From Jimgerdemannia flammicorona (taxonomy: Eukaryota): a DNA stretch of 48,873 nt. This document shows positions 14,850 to 28,400 of this stretch, in pieces. The notes under the pieces were generated by a model. That model was not told where the DNA came from, ran no database searches, and worked only from the letters and a program-made list of their open reading frames with translations. The stretch's first letter is position 1. Every line of letters begins with the position of its first letter. The stretch spans positions 1 through 48,873 of the forward strand of contig RBNJ01000035.1 of assembly GCA_003990765.1 (NCBI GenBank). The letters are read 5' to 3'. The position numbers and the translations under genes were made by a program.

Positions 14850-16959
14850 ATGGAGGAAGCCCAGATCCCAAACATTCCTGACCTCAACCTTACCGTATGT
14901 TGCGAAAGTTTCTCCACTTCCTCTCACCCTATCATCTCTTGTTGACACCTTACTTCCGTCAACAGCATTATCGCTTCATTGCGCTCCATGGCCCTTCCGA
15001 GCTCAGAGACGACGCGAAGGCGAAATTACTTAAAGCCGTCGAAGATAACAGTACGTACGCTCCATTTTGGCCGTCTGCCTGGCACCCTTTTCTTTGTTTC
15101 CTGACCCTTTCTCGCTGCTATTCATGTTCCCCGCATGGCAGACATGGCCCCGTTCTACGTTCAGATTTGCGACGAACTTAAGATAACACTGGACAAAGAC
15201 CTCCTGGCACGCATGCAGCAGGCTAATCAAGAGGAGGAGGCGAAGCTTGACGAACGCCACAAAGACGCCGAACAGAACCTGGGTGAGACCGAGGTCAACG
15301 AGGCCCTGCTCGCCAAGGCGGAGCACCTGACCAAGATCGGCGAGAAGGTAAACTGCATACATTTCGCCAGAACACGCGTCCCCTGATGTGTTTCTGCTTA
15401 CTTTACGACAATTTTGTGAGGAAGGATGAGGGATCTTGATAAAACTCATAATGGAATGGGACTTGGATGATGTGCATGCCCTACGCGCATTTATGCCTTT
15501 GAATCGGGGATACTGAGAAACAATTTTGCTACAAGGGGTTACGAACCGCACAGAAGGAGGATGTCCACATTCGTATGCCCTGTATGTAGTGCCCATGGCC
15601 GCCTCAATTCTGACCTTCGTCACGCACCCTCTCTCGGTCCTCTTTCTTTATTAGGATAAAGCTATAACCGCCTATCGTGTTGCTTTCGACAAGATCTCGA
15701 CTCTGGGATCCCGCATCGACATCGTTTTTGCGTTCATGCGCATCGGGTTCTTCCACAACGATAACGATCTCATCAGCCGGAACGTGGAAAAGGGAAAGAG
15801 GTATGCAATTTGGCTATACGATGTGTTGGGGTAAAGGAGAGAGCTTATGTTGCGTTACATGAGAACCTTATTAGCGCTTTGGCAGGCCAAATAGAAGATA
15901 CTTGATGTGAAAATGCAGTATAGAGGGATTAAATCTGCCCCTCTTCCCTCAGTTATATTCTGTTACTCATACTACTACCCGTCATTATATTACAGCCTTG
16001 TCGAAGAAGGTGGTGATTGGGACCGGCGTAATCGCTTAAAGGCATACGAGGGTACCTACCTTATGTCCATTCGGGACTTCAAGGCGGCCGCTAATCTCTT
16101 CTTAGACACGCTATCGACATTTACCTCCACCGAGTTGATGGAGTACCGCGAGTTCGTCAAATATTCGGTTCTTATGTCTTTGATCAGCTTGAAGCGTGTA
16201 GACATTAAAAAGCGGGTAAGTAGTCAGGCATGAGGGCGCTCTTAAATGGTTCGAAAGCCAATATATGGCACGTATCATCCGGCTTGTGGCACTCAATTAA
16301 GCGCTGGCTTGCCTGCGTATCTGAACACCAGGTGATCGATACACCCGAAATCCTAGAGGTCCTTCATGAGATCCCTCACCTGGAGGATTATATACAGAGT
16401 CTCTACGAGTGCAACTACGCAAAATTTTTCAAGTCACTAGGTGAGACCTCTTCCTATTGGTTCCTCTTGGTATTCGTTTATGGATACTCCCTTAACCAGA
16501 GCTCTCTCCATTGCTATGGTTTCCAGCCGCCATCGAGCAGACCCATCTTCGCACCTCGCGTTATCTTTACCCACACATCCGATATTACGTGCGTGAGATG
16601 CGCATCATCGCGTATGCGCAACTGCTTGAGAGTTACCGGAGTCTGACAATGGAGAGCATGGCAAATGCGTTTGGCGTGAGCGAGGAATTCATTGATGCGT
16701 AAGTAGCAATACTCCTTTTGATCAAATGGATCACGTAAGTGGATATCGGTCTTTACATTTCGCCCTTTTCAATTTTCCTTCCAGTGATCTATCCAAATAT
16801 ATTGCTGCCGGCCGTCTTAACTGCGTGATTGACAAGGTGAACGGAATTGTGGAAACAAATCGGCCGGACGCGAAAAACGCACAATATCAGGCTGTTATCA
16901 AACAAGGCGATCTGTTACTTAACCGCGTGCAGAAGCTTGGCCGGGTGATCAACGTTTAG
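14850..16959 (+). CDS. RPN7: 26S proteasome regulatory (lid) subunit Rpn7/PSMD6 (8 exons)
   Basis: Exons at about 14850-14894, 14966-15050, 15142-15347, 15655-15800, 15995-16215, 16332-16441, 16527-16698 and 16785-16959. Peptides: [108 protein letters not shown]. Confidence 0.97.
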
Positions 16960-17799
16960 TGGTGGCAAGCGTGGACATTGTGGCTAGTTCAGTATAGGCT
17001 CGTCTGTGTAATAGCCGGGCGCTGGTGATCGTTCTTCAAGGTAGAACTATGTCGCTGAAAGCAAGGAGGATTAAAATCGTGTTCTGAATCGTTTCTGGGT
17101 GTGGTTAGCGAAATCTTCGCCCTTTTTTTTTTGGTCAATACAATACTCGGTGCTCAAATATGACAATTTTTGTCTGTGAATTTGAAAGGGAGAGTACGGG
17201 ATCTCGGGTTCGACATAACCAAGGCTACAGCGGATACGTTCATCAGAGATACCCTTGTGGCTTAGCTCTGATTACGCTCTCGTTTCATACTAAAAGGCGT
17301 AACATTCAGCATGACTGAAAGTCATCCTTATCCCTTCTACCTCAACCTCGCCATCAAACTTCCAACTGCCCTTCATTTCTCCAACCCTGGACCTGGATTT
17401 CAGTACTCAGCCTCTTATAGTGTAAATGATTTGCAATACAATACTGTCTTTTTTTTTTTATTTTTTTTTATTTTTTATTTTTATTTTTTTACAGCTAATT
17501 GAAAATTATAAATCTAAGTAATAAAACATCTAATTAATTGATTGATTAAGCTAAATAAAAAGATAAATATTTAACAATATAAAATATATCTTTATTAGTT
17601 ACCAAAGATTTATATATTATATTAATATTGAAAATTAAAAAAAAGTAAGTATCTTTATAATTTAGAAAAGCAACCATACCTGCAGTACAATTACATTAAT
17701 ATTTACCTCCTTAAAATAAACAATAGCTGCAAGCTTTAAATTTTGCAGACAGAATCATCAACCTTTTGGCGAATTCCTTATTTGGCATTACCAGCTTCT

Positions 17800-18160
17800 A
17801 GAAATTGCTGCAGCACCTTTTCATCAGCAACGATACGAAATCCAAGGAGCCGAGATGATACCGTAGACTGAAGTTCCGTCTAAGGAAGGAGTTCGCGTAC
17901 CTGAACACCCAGGCATCGCACAATATATCGTATTCGTGTGGCCTTAGAAAAGTCCCACCCACCCTACCCACCTGGTTTGGTGACCTTTCATGACCGCTCG
18001 GCGAAAATGCGTTGGTAGTGCGGTAAATGTATTCGCCACGACGAAGATGGACGAAATGTCGATACTGATGAACTTGGAGTGCGGATATTATAGACACCAT
18101 CCGGAATGGTGATGCCGCTCCTCGACGGGGTAACTGAAATTGTCGTACACAAGTAGCTAT
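17800..18160 (-). pseudogene. Decayed class I SAM-dependent methyltransferase
   Basis: Frame-shifted fragments DNFSYPVEE / SGITI.D / GWCL / YPHSKFISIDISSIF / VTKPGG.GW occur in the order seen in fungal Methyltransf_25-type proteins. The GxGxG loop is deleted and stops are present. Confidence 0.45.
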
Positions 18161-18419
18161 GGAGATTTAGGGAAAGAATGAGAATTAGATCCATGTAATG
18201 AGTATCACCGACTCTGATAGCCTCTTTAACGATGATATCGGACGTTACTTGGTAGTCCTTGCTCGCTACAAACCGTGGAAGGATTTGGGGCCCAATACAT
18301 GTGACCTATTCTTTGTATCATTACCCACATTGGGTCATGTGCTCATATCTTCCTTCACAAAACCGTACTATGCTATGCTATACAAGGTCATATGAGAGCC
18401 GTGCATAAGATATGATGAA

Positions 18420-20169
18420 TTATTCTGTTTGTATGAATACTCATTCTAATATATTTGTATTGCCTTTCTTCTTTTTACTAATTTTACTACAAAAAAGATG
18501 AGGTGAAGAAAAAAAATTATAATATTATTATATTATCTTAAAATTTATTCTATAACTATATTCATATCAATTTTAAGTCTAAAATAGTATTAAGACTTTG
18601 AAAAATAATATTTATTTAGAAAAAATAGAGCTTTATAATATATATTCTTATATTAAAAAAATAATTATAAAAATTATAACTATTTATCAAAACTGATATT
18701 ATGTATATATTATATATTAAATATATCTATTTTTGAAATAGTATTATAATTATTATAATTATATCTTTTAGATATAAATAAATAATAATAATAATAAATA
18801 TACTTATATCTTATATTATAATATTTTATAGATAAATTTATTTATATATCTATATAATCTTATATTTATATTTTAAAAGATCAGTATATATTATTTTTGA
18901 AAGTTTTATAATTTATATACTTTATCAGAATGTTTTTAAAAAATTTTTTTATTAGTCTTTAGTTTGAATTTATACTAATTACTATTATTCTTATTAAGTA
19001 TTATAATATAGTAGTATATTATAGTAAAAGTGTAACAGATTTCTTTATCTTGAGTACTTGATCTTTTTTGACTTCTCAAAGTTCTGAGATATAGGGGTGG
19101 ATGAGTTCAAAGTATATCTGCCTACAAGCTTACTAGTTCTCTTGTCTCTTTATCTTAAACTATTTCAATCTGAGATTTATTTATTTTAGATACTAGAGAT
19201 ATTTATATAAGTTTGCTAGCTATATAGTAGATAAGTTAGAATTTCTTTTCCTATAAGTTATTTTATACAGTTGTGAGATCTGTATATCTATACAAATTAT
19301 ATATCTATATAATTTATATAATTATGAGTTTTATATATATAGTTATACTTTTTATATAATTTTATAAATTATATAACTATAAGATCAAGTAACTGCTAAA
19401 CTATAATACTATACTATATTAGAAATCAGATTTAGATACTATGATCAAATATCTATTCTCTGATTATACTTTCTAATTTAGATCTACTATTATAACTTCT
19501 TTCTAAATAAGTAATTTTATCTCTGAATCATCTTATTTAAACTTTCAAGTATTCTAGTTATATGTTCTTATACTATATGATCTACTTGATTATATTCTCC
19601 TAATAATATCTCTTTACTTATTGAAAATCTCTTAAGACTACTTCTTAAAAATAGACTAGAGCTTACTAGAGTATTATATATTTTGAATAATATTTATAAA
19701 TAGATATAAGTTCTATCTAAAGAGATAAAGACTGATTGATAGAATTCTGAGTATAAATTCAAAGTGATATAATATTATACTTTATCTCCTAATATCATTA
19801 GGATTATTACTGATAAGAGGCAGTAGTTGGGTAATTCTTCTTAGTAATTTTATTGAGTTTTCTGTAGTCTATATAGAGTCTTAAGGCAAATTCTCCTGGC
19901 CTACTTTCTTTTTTTAGAGCTAATATAATTGGTGAGAACTATAAGCTAATAGTCTTTTTGATGATACTGGCTTCCTCTATCTGCTTGATTTCTTCTTTGG
20001 GTTATTTATGATATATTAGTAGAATAGCTCTATATTTCCTATATCTATATTATAATAGTAGTATGGTGTCTTTTCTTTAATATTTTTGAAATCAGTAGCA
20101 AGGATATCTTTGATTTATATAAAAGTTTCCTTGAGTAAAAACTTATTTCTAATAGTATAACTATACTTA
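18420..20169. repeat. Extremely AT-rich, eroded repeat remnants (family not identifiable)
   Basis: Almost no CpG, no ORFs of 60 aa or more, TpA-rich. This is the sequence into which the gypsy element at 20170 inserted. Confidence 0.55.
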
Positions 20170-23100
20170 TATAATGATTCTAGTTTCTTTAAAAGGAAGT
20201 ATCTAAGCCTAGTAATTTTAGTGAGTCTAAAGTTACTCAAAGAGATACTTATAAGTTCAAGTATTCTCAATGAAATTCTGAGAGAAAATATTCTGAGCTT
20301 TATTCAAGTAAAAAATAAGGATATTTATATAAAATCTAAAAGAAAGATTTAGAAGAATTTCAGAAAAGAAGAAAAAAGCTAAGAAATAAGTTCTTAGTAA
20401 AGATGACAAATAGAATTCTATAATATTTTAAAAGATAAGAGACTTAGTACTGAGAAAAGACAAAAATATTCTAGTAATATCTTGGTACTAAGAGAAGATT
20501 TCTACGTATTTAGAAAATACTGGAACATAGTAGAATATTTAAGAAAGAATAAGAAAAGATTAGAGAAAGAATGTGAAAAGTATTAAAACTAAGATATGAC
20601 TGTGAAATTATTACATCTTACTCTTCTTAAGAACTAATGTTCTCATTAAATTCTTAAGTAATATAAGACTAAATATACTTAACTAAAATTTCTCAAACTT
20701 GTATTAGTATATTGGCAAGAACTAGCTATCTTTATATAGAACAGAGAGCCTATTATCAGACTAACTAACTGAGAGTAGTTTGAACTTAGCTAGTAGCTCT
20801 ATTTTAGTAGACTTCTTATTTACTAGATATTCTGTTAGTTCTAGAATTCCAAAGTAATCTTCTGATATATAAGATACTAGTTATTACTATAGGTTATTGA
20901 CAATTCAAGAAAGTTACTATAGAGATTAAACAATGTATTTTGCCTTAAAGTCTTGAACTAGGTCTTGAGAGTTCTTAAGATTAACTAGTAGTTTCTAGGT
21001 AGTATTATATTCAGAGTAGCCTATCCACTTGATCAGATATTCAGGATAATAGTAGTAGATTCATTTGTCAAAGATTTTCTTAACTTTGTACTTAATATGG
21101 TCTTCAATAATTACAAAGATAGATGGCTTGAAAATTTAACCAGAGTAGGATGGTAACTAGTTCTAGGTCTTGAAGTATAATATATAAAAGACTGAATATA
21201 CTCTTATGGTTTCAGATAGCTTGAGATAGTAGGAGAATATAGAGACTTGTTCAATAATCTCAAAGAGTTTAATATACTTAGATTGAAACTTATTTAATAA
21301 GTAGTTAACTTGAGATTATATCTTGAGATTTTCAGTAGATAATAGGACTTGATTACTAATAGTATAGGTGATATCTCAGTATTTCTTATCAGCATACTTG
21401 GTTTGATACTGTTGGGCTTTCTGGAGATTTATGATAGCAATCTTAAGTAGTTTGTCTATTTTGTCTATCAGGTTCTTGATGATAGAGACTTATATTTGAC
21501 TGCTTTTCTTGAAAGAGACTAGACTTGTAGAAGTCTCAGAATCTTGACTATAGAGTAGCTAAAAGGGAAAAAGACTAGTAGATAATTAGATAATATTATT
21601 ATATACAAATTCTGCATAAGTCAAATAATGATTCCAATTATCTTACTTATAAGAACTATAGTTTCTGAGTATTTGTTTTAGAGTTCTGTTTATATACTTG
21701 ATCTTTTTATCAGTTTATAGATAAAAGGCAGTAAACATGGCCAATTGGGTTTCTAGGATCTTGAAGAGAGTTTGCTAGAAGTAACTGGTGAACTTAAGAT
21801 TATGGTTATTGACAATTACTTATGATAGGTCATAGTGATAAAAGATAGACTTGAAGAAGATTCTTATAATTTCAGATATAGTAATATTAATAGTAGTTGG
21901 TTTGGCAACCAGTCTTGATCAGACAGTCAACAAATATGATGATAGCATTAGTATCAAATTGAGTTCATAATAGTTGAGTTATAAAGTTCATTATAATTTG
22001 TTTGAATTTCTTAATCAGAATTAGCAGTAGTTATAATAAACTAACTAGTACTTGGTTAGTAGACTTATTGTACTGATAGAGATCATAGCTCTCAATATAG
22101 TTCTTGATTTTCTTGACCATACTTGGCCAATAGTAGTAATATTAGATATTCTTAACAGTTTTCTCAATTCTAAGATAATTAGTAAGAGGGGAGTTATAAT
22201 ATTCTTATAATATCTTATAGTATATATAAGTTCATATTATTAGGTAGATAGACTTTGTCTTAATAGTAGATTAGGTTATTCTTGATAGTATATATATCCT
22301 TGAGCTCATTTAAGAAGACTCTAGTAGTAATAGTATCTTTTTTATAAACTTGTCTAATTTGGTCTAGAAATTCTAATACTAAGGTGACTTGTATGATTGT
22401 AGTAAGGTCTGGATATTGATGTACTTGTGAGATTGATAGTCAGTAATGATATCAAACTCAACATCTTCTAGATAGCATTGCTAGTAGTCTAGTATATATA
22501 TTATTACCAGTAGCTCCTTCTCATAAGTAGCTAGCTTTTGTTTAGCTAAGACCAACTTATGGAACTTAAAGGTAATAGAGTAGTATTCTTTACTATCATT
22601 TATGATAGGACTACTCTAATGACAAAATTTGATACATTAGTAGTGATGGTGAATTTCAGACTTAGATCTATATTATGCAAAACTGAAGTATGGATCAGAT
22701 AGTTCTTGAGTTCTTAGAAGGCTTACTGATAGAAGAGGTCTTAGATATAAGATATATAATGATCAGAGTGAGAGGTCTTTCTTATGAGATTAGTCAGTAG
22801 CTTAGTAATACCAGAGAAGTTTCTGATAAAGTGATAATAGTAACCAGCTAGACTAAGAAAAGACTAGAGTTCTGTAAGATTTGATAGAATAGACTATTCT
22901 TGAATTGTCTCTATCTTATATAAATCTACTTAAATTTCTTATATAGAGATAAAGTGGCTAAGATATTTAACTTATTTTTTAAAGAATTTATATTTCTTAA
23001 GCTTGATATAAAGCTTGTATTTTCATAGAATCTCCAGAACTACTCAGATATACTTAAGGTATTCTTCTTTAGTTATACTAAAGATCAGGATGTTGTCAAG

Positions 23101-23901
23101 ATATACTAACAAGAAGATGAATAGTTAGTTCTTGAATATCTTATTCATAAGGGTCTGAAATATAGTAGATATATTAGTAAGACTAAATGCTAAAACTAGA
23201 AATTCATAAAGTTCAAAGGAGGTCATAAATATAGTCTTAAAGATATCTTCTAGCTTGATTCAAATTTGATGGTAATCTGACATAAGGTCTAGCTTAGTGA
23301 AGTACTTCTCATTTTTAAGAGTATTAAAAATTTGATCAATCAAGGGTAACAGATATTAGTTCTTAACTGTAAGCTTATTGAGTACTTAATAGTCCATATA
23401 CATTCATAAGGTACTATCCTTCTTCTTGATAAATAGAACTGGTGAGCTATAGGGGAATTTGTTTTGTTAAATAACTCCTTATAAGTAGTTCTTTTAGTTC
23501 TTTCTTAATTACTTCAATTTTAAGAGGTAATATGTAGTATATGTATTTCTTAGGTAGAACAGCTTCTGGAGTTAGTTTAATTTCATAATCAACTTCTTAT
23601 ATAAGTAGTAAACTAGGTAGCTTGTCTGAGAAGACATCCTTGAATTCTTCAAGTAGAAACTTAATGCTTTTATTAATTGACAGCTTCTTGTTTTGTTTCT
23701 TGGAACAGACTATTATAACAAAGATATGTACTGCCTTCTTGAGTGTTTTCTTATACTATATTGCTGATAGTATTGTAATTGGAGTTTTATTTATAGGTAT
23801 GTCTGTCTTGATAGTGATATTGACTCTTTTTTGAAGTAGGGTAACTTTATTCTTACACTAATTAATATTCAGATTGTATTTTATAAGTTAGGGATTTTCT
23901 A

Positions 23902-24472
23902 TTTTTTTTTTTTTTTTTTAATGGACTCATAGTCCTGTGGATTTTTATTAGAAGAGAACCTAGACTATATAGGCCAAAACTCTCCCCCACCACCTACTGA
24001 ACAATATCCCACCATTAATCTAAGCTACTAAATTGTCCAGCAGTTCCACTGCTCTAGCTATATCTGTCAAATATCAGCTATATTGATCCCCATAATATAG
24101 ACCAGACTTGTCTGCTCACCAGGACTGGATCATCATTTATATGTGAGAGCACACCTATATGTCAGATCTAGCAGTACCAGAACTGAATAAAGAATAGCCC
24201 CCTGAACTCCAAAAGAAAGCCCAAGGTAAAGAAAAAAACCCCCAACCAATCAACAGAGAGCAAAGTGAATTCAAAGTGGGTGAGTAAAGAACTTACATAT
24301 AGAACCTTCTATAAAGGACTTACACCACTCCCACTCTCCAAGCCTGTGGGCCTCGATCATATTGCCATATCAGCTTCCAGTTCCAGTCAGGTACTGCCAA
24401 ATGAGGAAGGCCTCACTCTCTAAGCCTGCAGGCCTTGATTGCACATCAGCTCCTGGTTCCAGTTGGGTACAG
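23902..24472 (-). mobile_element. 571-bp poly(A)-tailed non-LTR retroposon fragment (5'-truncated LINE or SINE-like) in the protease region of element A
   Basis: T18 at 23902-23919. AATAAA lies about 25-30 nt before the tail on the minus strand. 15-bp TSD GTTAGGGATTTTCTA (23887-23901) / GTCAGAGATTTTCTA (24473-24487). GC content is higher than in the flanks. Confidence 0.85.
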
Positions 24473-25393
24473 GTCAGAGATTTTCTAAGATCAGATCATA
24501 ATCTCCTAGTAGTGTGATCTCAAAGTCTATTTATTCCCAATATTTCTGAATCTTGATAGGTAGTTTGGCTACAATTGACTCAATAAAATATAGTATGCCA
24601 TCTATAGTAACTATATTATAATTCTTGAATATAGGCTTAATAAGAATCTTGAGGTTTTTGATAAAGTTCTGGTTAATGAAGTTTTCTGTAGCTCTACTGT
24701 CTATAAGTACTTGAACTTCTTTTCCTTTAACTAGTCCTTTGAAAATAAGTATAGCTTGAGCTTGATTTTTGATAAGACTTGCTACTTAATCAATATTATC
24801 AAAATCTTTCTAGTCTTACTTAGTTTCAGATAGCTCTTAAACTTCTGGATCTTGGGTTAACTGGCTTTTTCTAAGATCATTTGTATGACTTAGTCTCCTT
24901 CCTTAACTATATAGTCTTGATTCTTCTAGTTGACAAGTAAGACTTGAACTTATCCTTGATAGTCTGAGTTAATGATATTAGTGCTAATGTAACATTTTAG
25001 CATAGTTTATTCCTTTTCTTTGTCTTTCTCCAATATTCTACAACCTTCTGGTATTTTCTGAATGCTTAGAAATCCTTTCTTAGTGCCGAGCATTAACTAG
25101 TACTTATTTAGTTAGTCACTGAATGTCCTGGAAACTTGTAGAACGTTATTTGTCATCATTTGTCATCTTTGCTGAGAACTTTCCTCTTGGCATTTTCCTT
25201 TGATTTCTCAGATCCTTCCAGATCCTTCTTTCAGATCTTGTATAAATAACCCCTTTGTTCTCATGAATAAAGTCTCAGAATATTTTTCTCCCAGAAATCC
25301 TTCGAGAACACTTGAATCCTTAGTATCTCTTCGAGCTACTTAGGACTACCAGAATTAGTCGCTTCCTTATTTAGAAACTAGAACCATTACACT

Positions 25394-25406
25394 TGGTAGC
25401 AGCGGT
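25394..25406 (+). other. Primer-binding site complementary to the 3' end of initiator tRNA-Met
   Basis: TGGTAGCAGCGGT, 2 nt after the LTR end. TGGTAGC is the complement of the ...GCUACCA end of eukaryotic tRNA-iMet. Confidence 0.75.
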
Positions 25407-25459
25407 GAAGTTACACCTAGCCTTATTAAGACACCTCTCAAGATATCAGTCACAGTACT

Positions 25460-28400
25460 ATGGAGGACAATGGGTAGAACCCTTCATATAGTACCTATGG
25501 TCCAGGCAATGCCTCTTACCACCAGCAAGAAGAAGAAGAGGAACAGCCAATCCCCACCCAGTCAACTGGGTCCATCAAGAGTCTTTTGCAAACTGCATTA
25601 GCTCAGATTGCCCAACTTCAAGAACGCATAGAAAGAAAGGAAAGCAAGGCCTCTGCTCATACCTCCGCACCTCCACCGACATCAATACATCTGACAGCAG
25701 TCACCACCAAGCCTCAGAAGTCTGATACCTTTGATGGTCAAAGAGGAGGACTGTCTACCGACGCCTGGCTTTTCCAATTGGAGCAATATGGAGAACTGAC
25801 CAATTTGAAAGAAACAACACTAGTCCAATTTTCCACCACACTCCTCCGAGGGAATGCTGCAATCTGGTGGCAAAATCATGTCCAGAATACCAGATTCTCT
25901 GGCCGAATCAAGACCTGGGGCGAATTCTCTGATGCTATTCAAGGCCAATTCAAACTAGTCAATAGCACCAAGGCTGCGCAAGACCATCTGGCAAATGTCA
26001 AACAACTCAAGTCTGTATAAGCATATAATGCACAATTCTTGTCAATTCTGTTAGAATTACCATATGTCATCGAAGACGAGAAGGTTGACAAGTACATCTG
26101 AGGTTTGAAAGGCCAAACCCGAGTTTGTGTCGAACTAGAAGAACCCAAGGACCTAGACACAGCAATGAAAATTGCTGATAGGTTTGATGTCATCACCTAT
26201 GGTCACTGCTTCAAACAGAAGAGACCACCTTTCAACAATAACAATAACCACAGAAGGGAGGAACCCAAAGTCAGAACTGTTGGACCTGCCCCCATGGACC
26301 TAGATACCATTGACAAGAGCAAGAAAGGCAAGCTTACACCTGAGGAAAAGGAGCACCTCAAGAAGGCTGAAGCCTGCTTCTTTTGCCGTCAGCTCAGTCA
26401 CATTGCAACCAAATGCCCCAAGAAAACCGCGGAACCAAAGAGGATCCTGGTCCTGTCCAAAGACACTCAAGGTCAACCAGTCAAACAAGAAGTTGTACTC
26501 AATTTCATATGAGTCAACCCCAAGGCCCAGATCCCTCAAGCACAGTCAGAAGGAGCCATTGGTTTGGACCTTCAAGCAGTACAACAAGTCACTATTCCAG
26601 CACATGAAAGAAGGCTCATCCCAACTGACCTTTCAGTTGAAATCCCCAAGGAACATTATGCACGAATTGCACTAAGATCTGGCCTCAGCTTCAAGCACTC
26701 ATTGGATGTTGGTGCTGGAGTCATAGACCCTGAGTTTCGAGGTGAAATGCAAGTTCTGCTAGTCAACCATAAGAACCAGCCATATACCATCAATGAAGGA
26801 GATAGAATTGCACAGCTCATTCTGGAGTGAGCCACCCTACCAGTCGTCAAAGAAGTCACCAAGCTGTCTTCCACTAAGCGAGATCAGAAAGGCTTTGGCA
26901 GCACTGACAAAGTTGCAAGCATAGCTGAGAACTGAGCCAATTCAATGCTCATTTTCAAAGATCTAGTCAAGGGACAAGAACTAGATGTTCTCATAGACAG
27001 CGGAGCTGTTGGGAACTTCATCAACAAGAACCTCATTGACAAGCTCAAGATTCTCACCAAACCAGCTGGCAAGAATGGTGGAGTTGTCACTGCAGATGGC
27101 ACCATCTTACCAATTGACTCAATTGCCACTAAACTTCCCCTCAAGATCCAGAAGTACTGGGAACATTTAGATTTCGAGGTAGCACCACTAGGAGACCATG
27201 ACCTGATCCTAGGCAAACCCTGGCTTACACAGCACAACCCCCAGATTGATTGGACCAAGAATGAAGTCACCTTGATTCAAGATAGAGCCAATATTACCAT
27301 CAAGCCAGACAAGACTCAAACAAGAACCCCAATTGCTACCCTTTCAGCAATCCAGTTCAAGAAGGCCCTCAAGAAAGCTACCTGTGCCTTTGTGGCACTG
27401 ATCTGACCAAAGAAAGAAGACAAGAAGCTATCAATTGATAAAAGCATCAAGTTACTGCTGAACAAGTACAAGGATGTCTTCTCAGACAAACTACCTGGTC
27501 TACCACCTTCAAGAGACCATGACCACGAAATCAAGTTGGTACCTGATGCAGCCATACCCAAGAAGAAAATGTACTACATATCTCTACTCGAAATTGAAGC
27601 AGTCAAGAAGAAACTCAATGAACTCATCGAGCAAGGAGCCATTCAGCCAAGCAAGTCACCCTTTGGCTCCCCAGTCCTATTTGTCAAGAAAAAGGATGAT
27701 ACTCTGCGAATGTGTATAGACTACCGAGCACTCAATAAGATCACTGTCAAGAACCACTATCTGCTACCACTCATAGATCAAATCTTTGATGCTCTCAAGA
27801 ATGCAAAGTACTTCACCAAGATTGATCTCACCTCTAGGTATCACCAAATTCAAATCAAGCCAGAAGACATACCCAAGACTGCCTTCATGACACCCTTTGG
27901 ACTCTATGAGTTTCTAGTCATGGCCTTTGGTCTCACCAATGTGCCAGCAACCTTTCAAGACCTCATGCAAACTATCTTCAAGGATCAGCTCTATATCTTT
28001 GTACTTGTGTATATTGATGATATCCTGATCTTCAGTAGCACTGAAGAAGAACACCTCAAGTATATCGAACAAGTCCTCAAGATCCTCCATGAGAACAAGC
28101 TCTATGCAAAGCTCAAGAAATATGAATTTTTCAAAGATCAAGTCAAATACCTTGGATACATTGTATCAGCCAAAGGAATTCAAGTAGACCCAAGGAAAAT
28201 ACAAGCCATTGAACAGTGGCCTGTACCAGCAAACCTCACTGAACTCAGGTCCTTCCTTGGTCTGGCTAGATACTACCATCGATTTGTCAAGAACTTCTCT
28301 GGCATTGCAGAATCTTTGACAAACCTCCTGCGAAAGAAACCCAACTCTGACCTCTATGTTCCCTATATCTGGGATGCCTTCTGTCAACAAGTCTTTCAAG

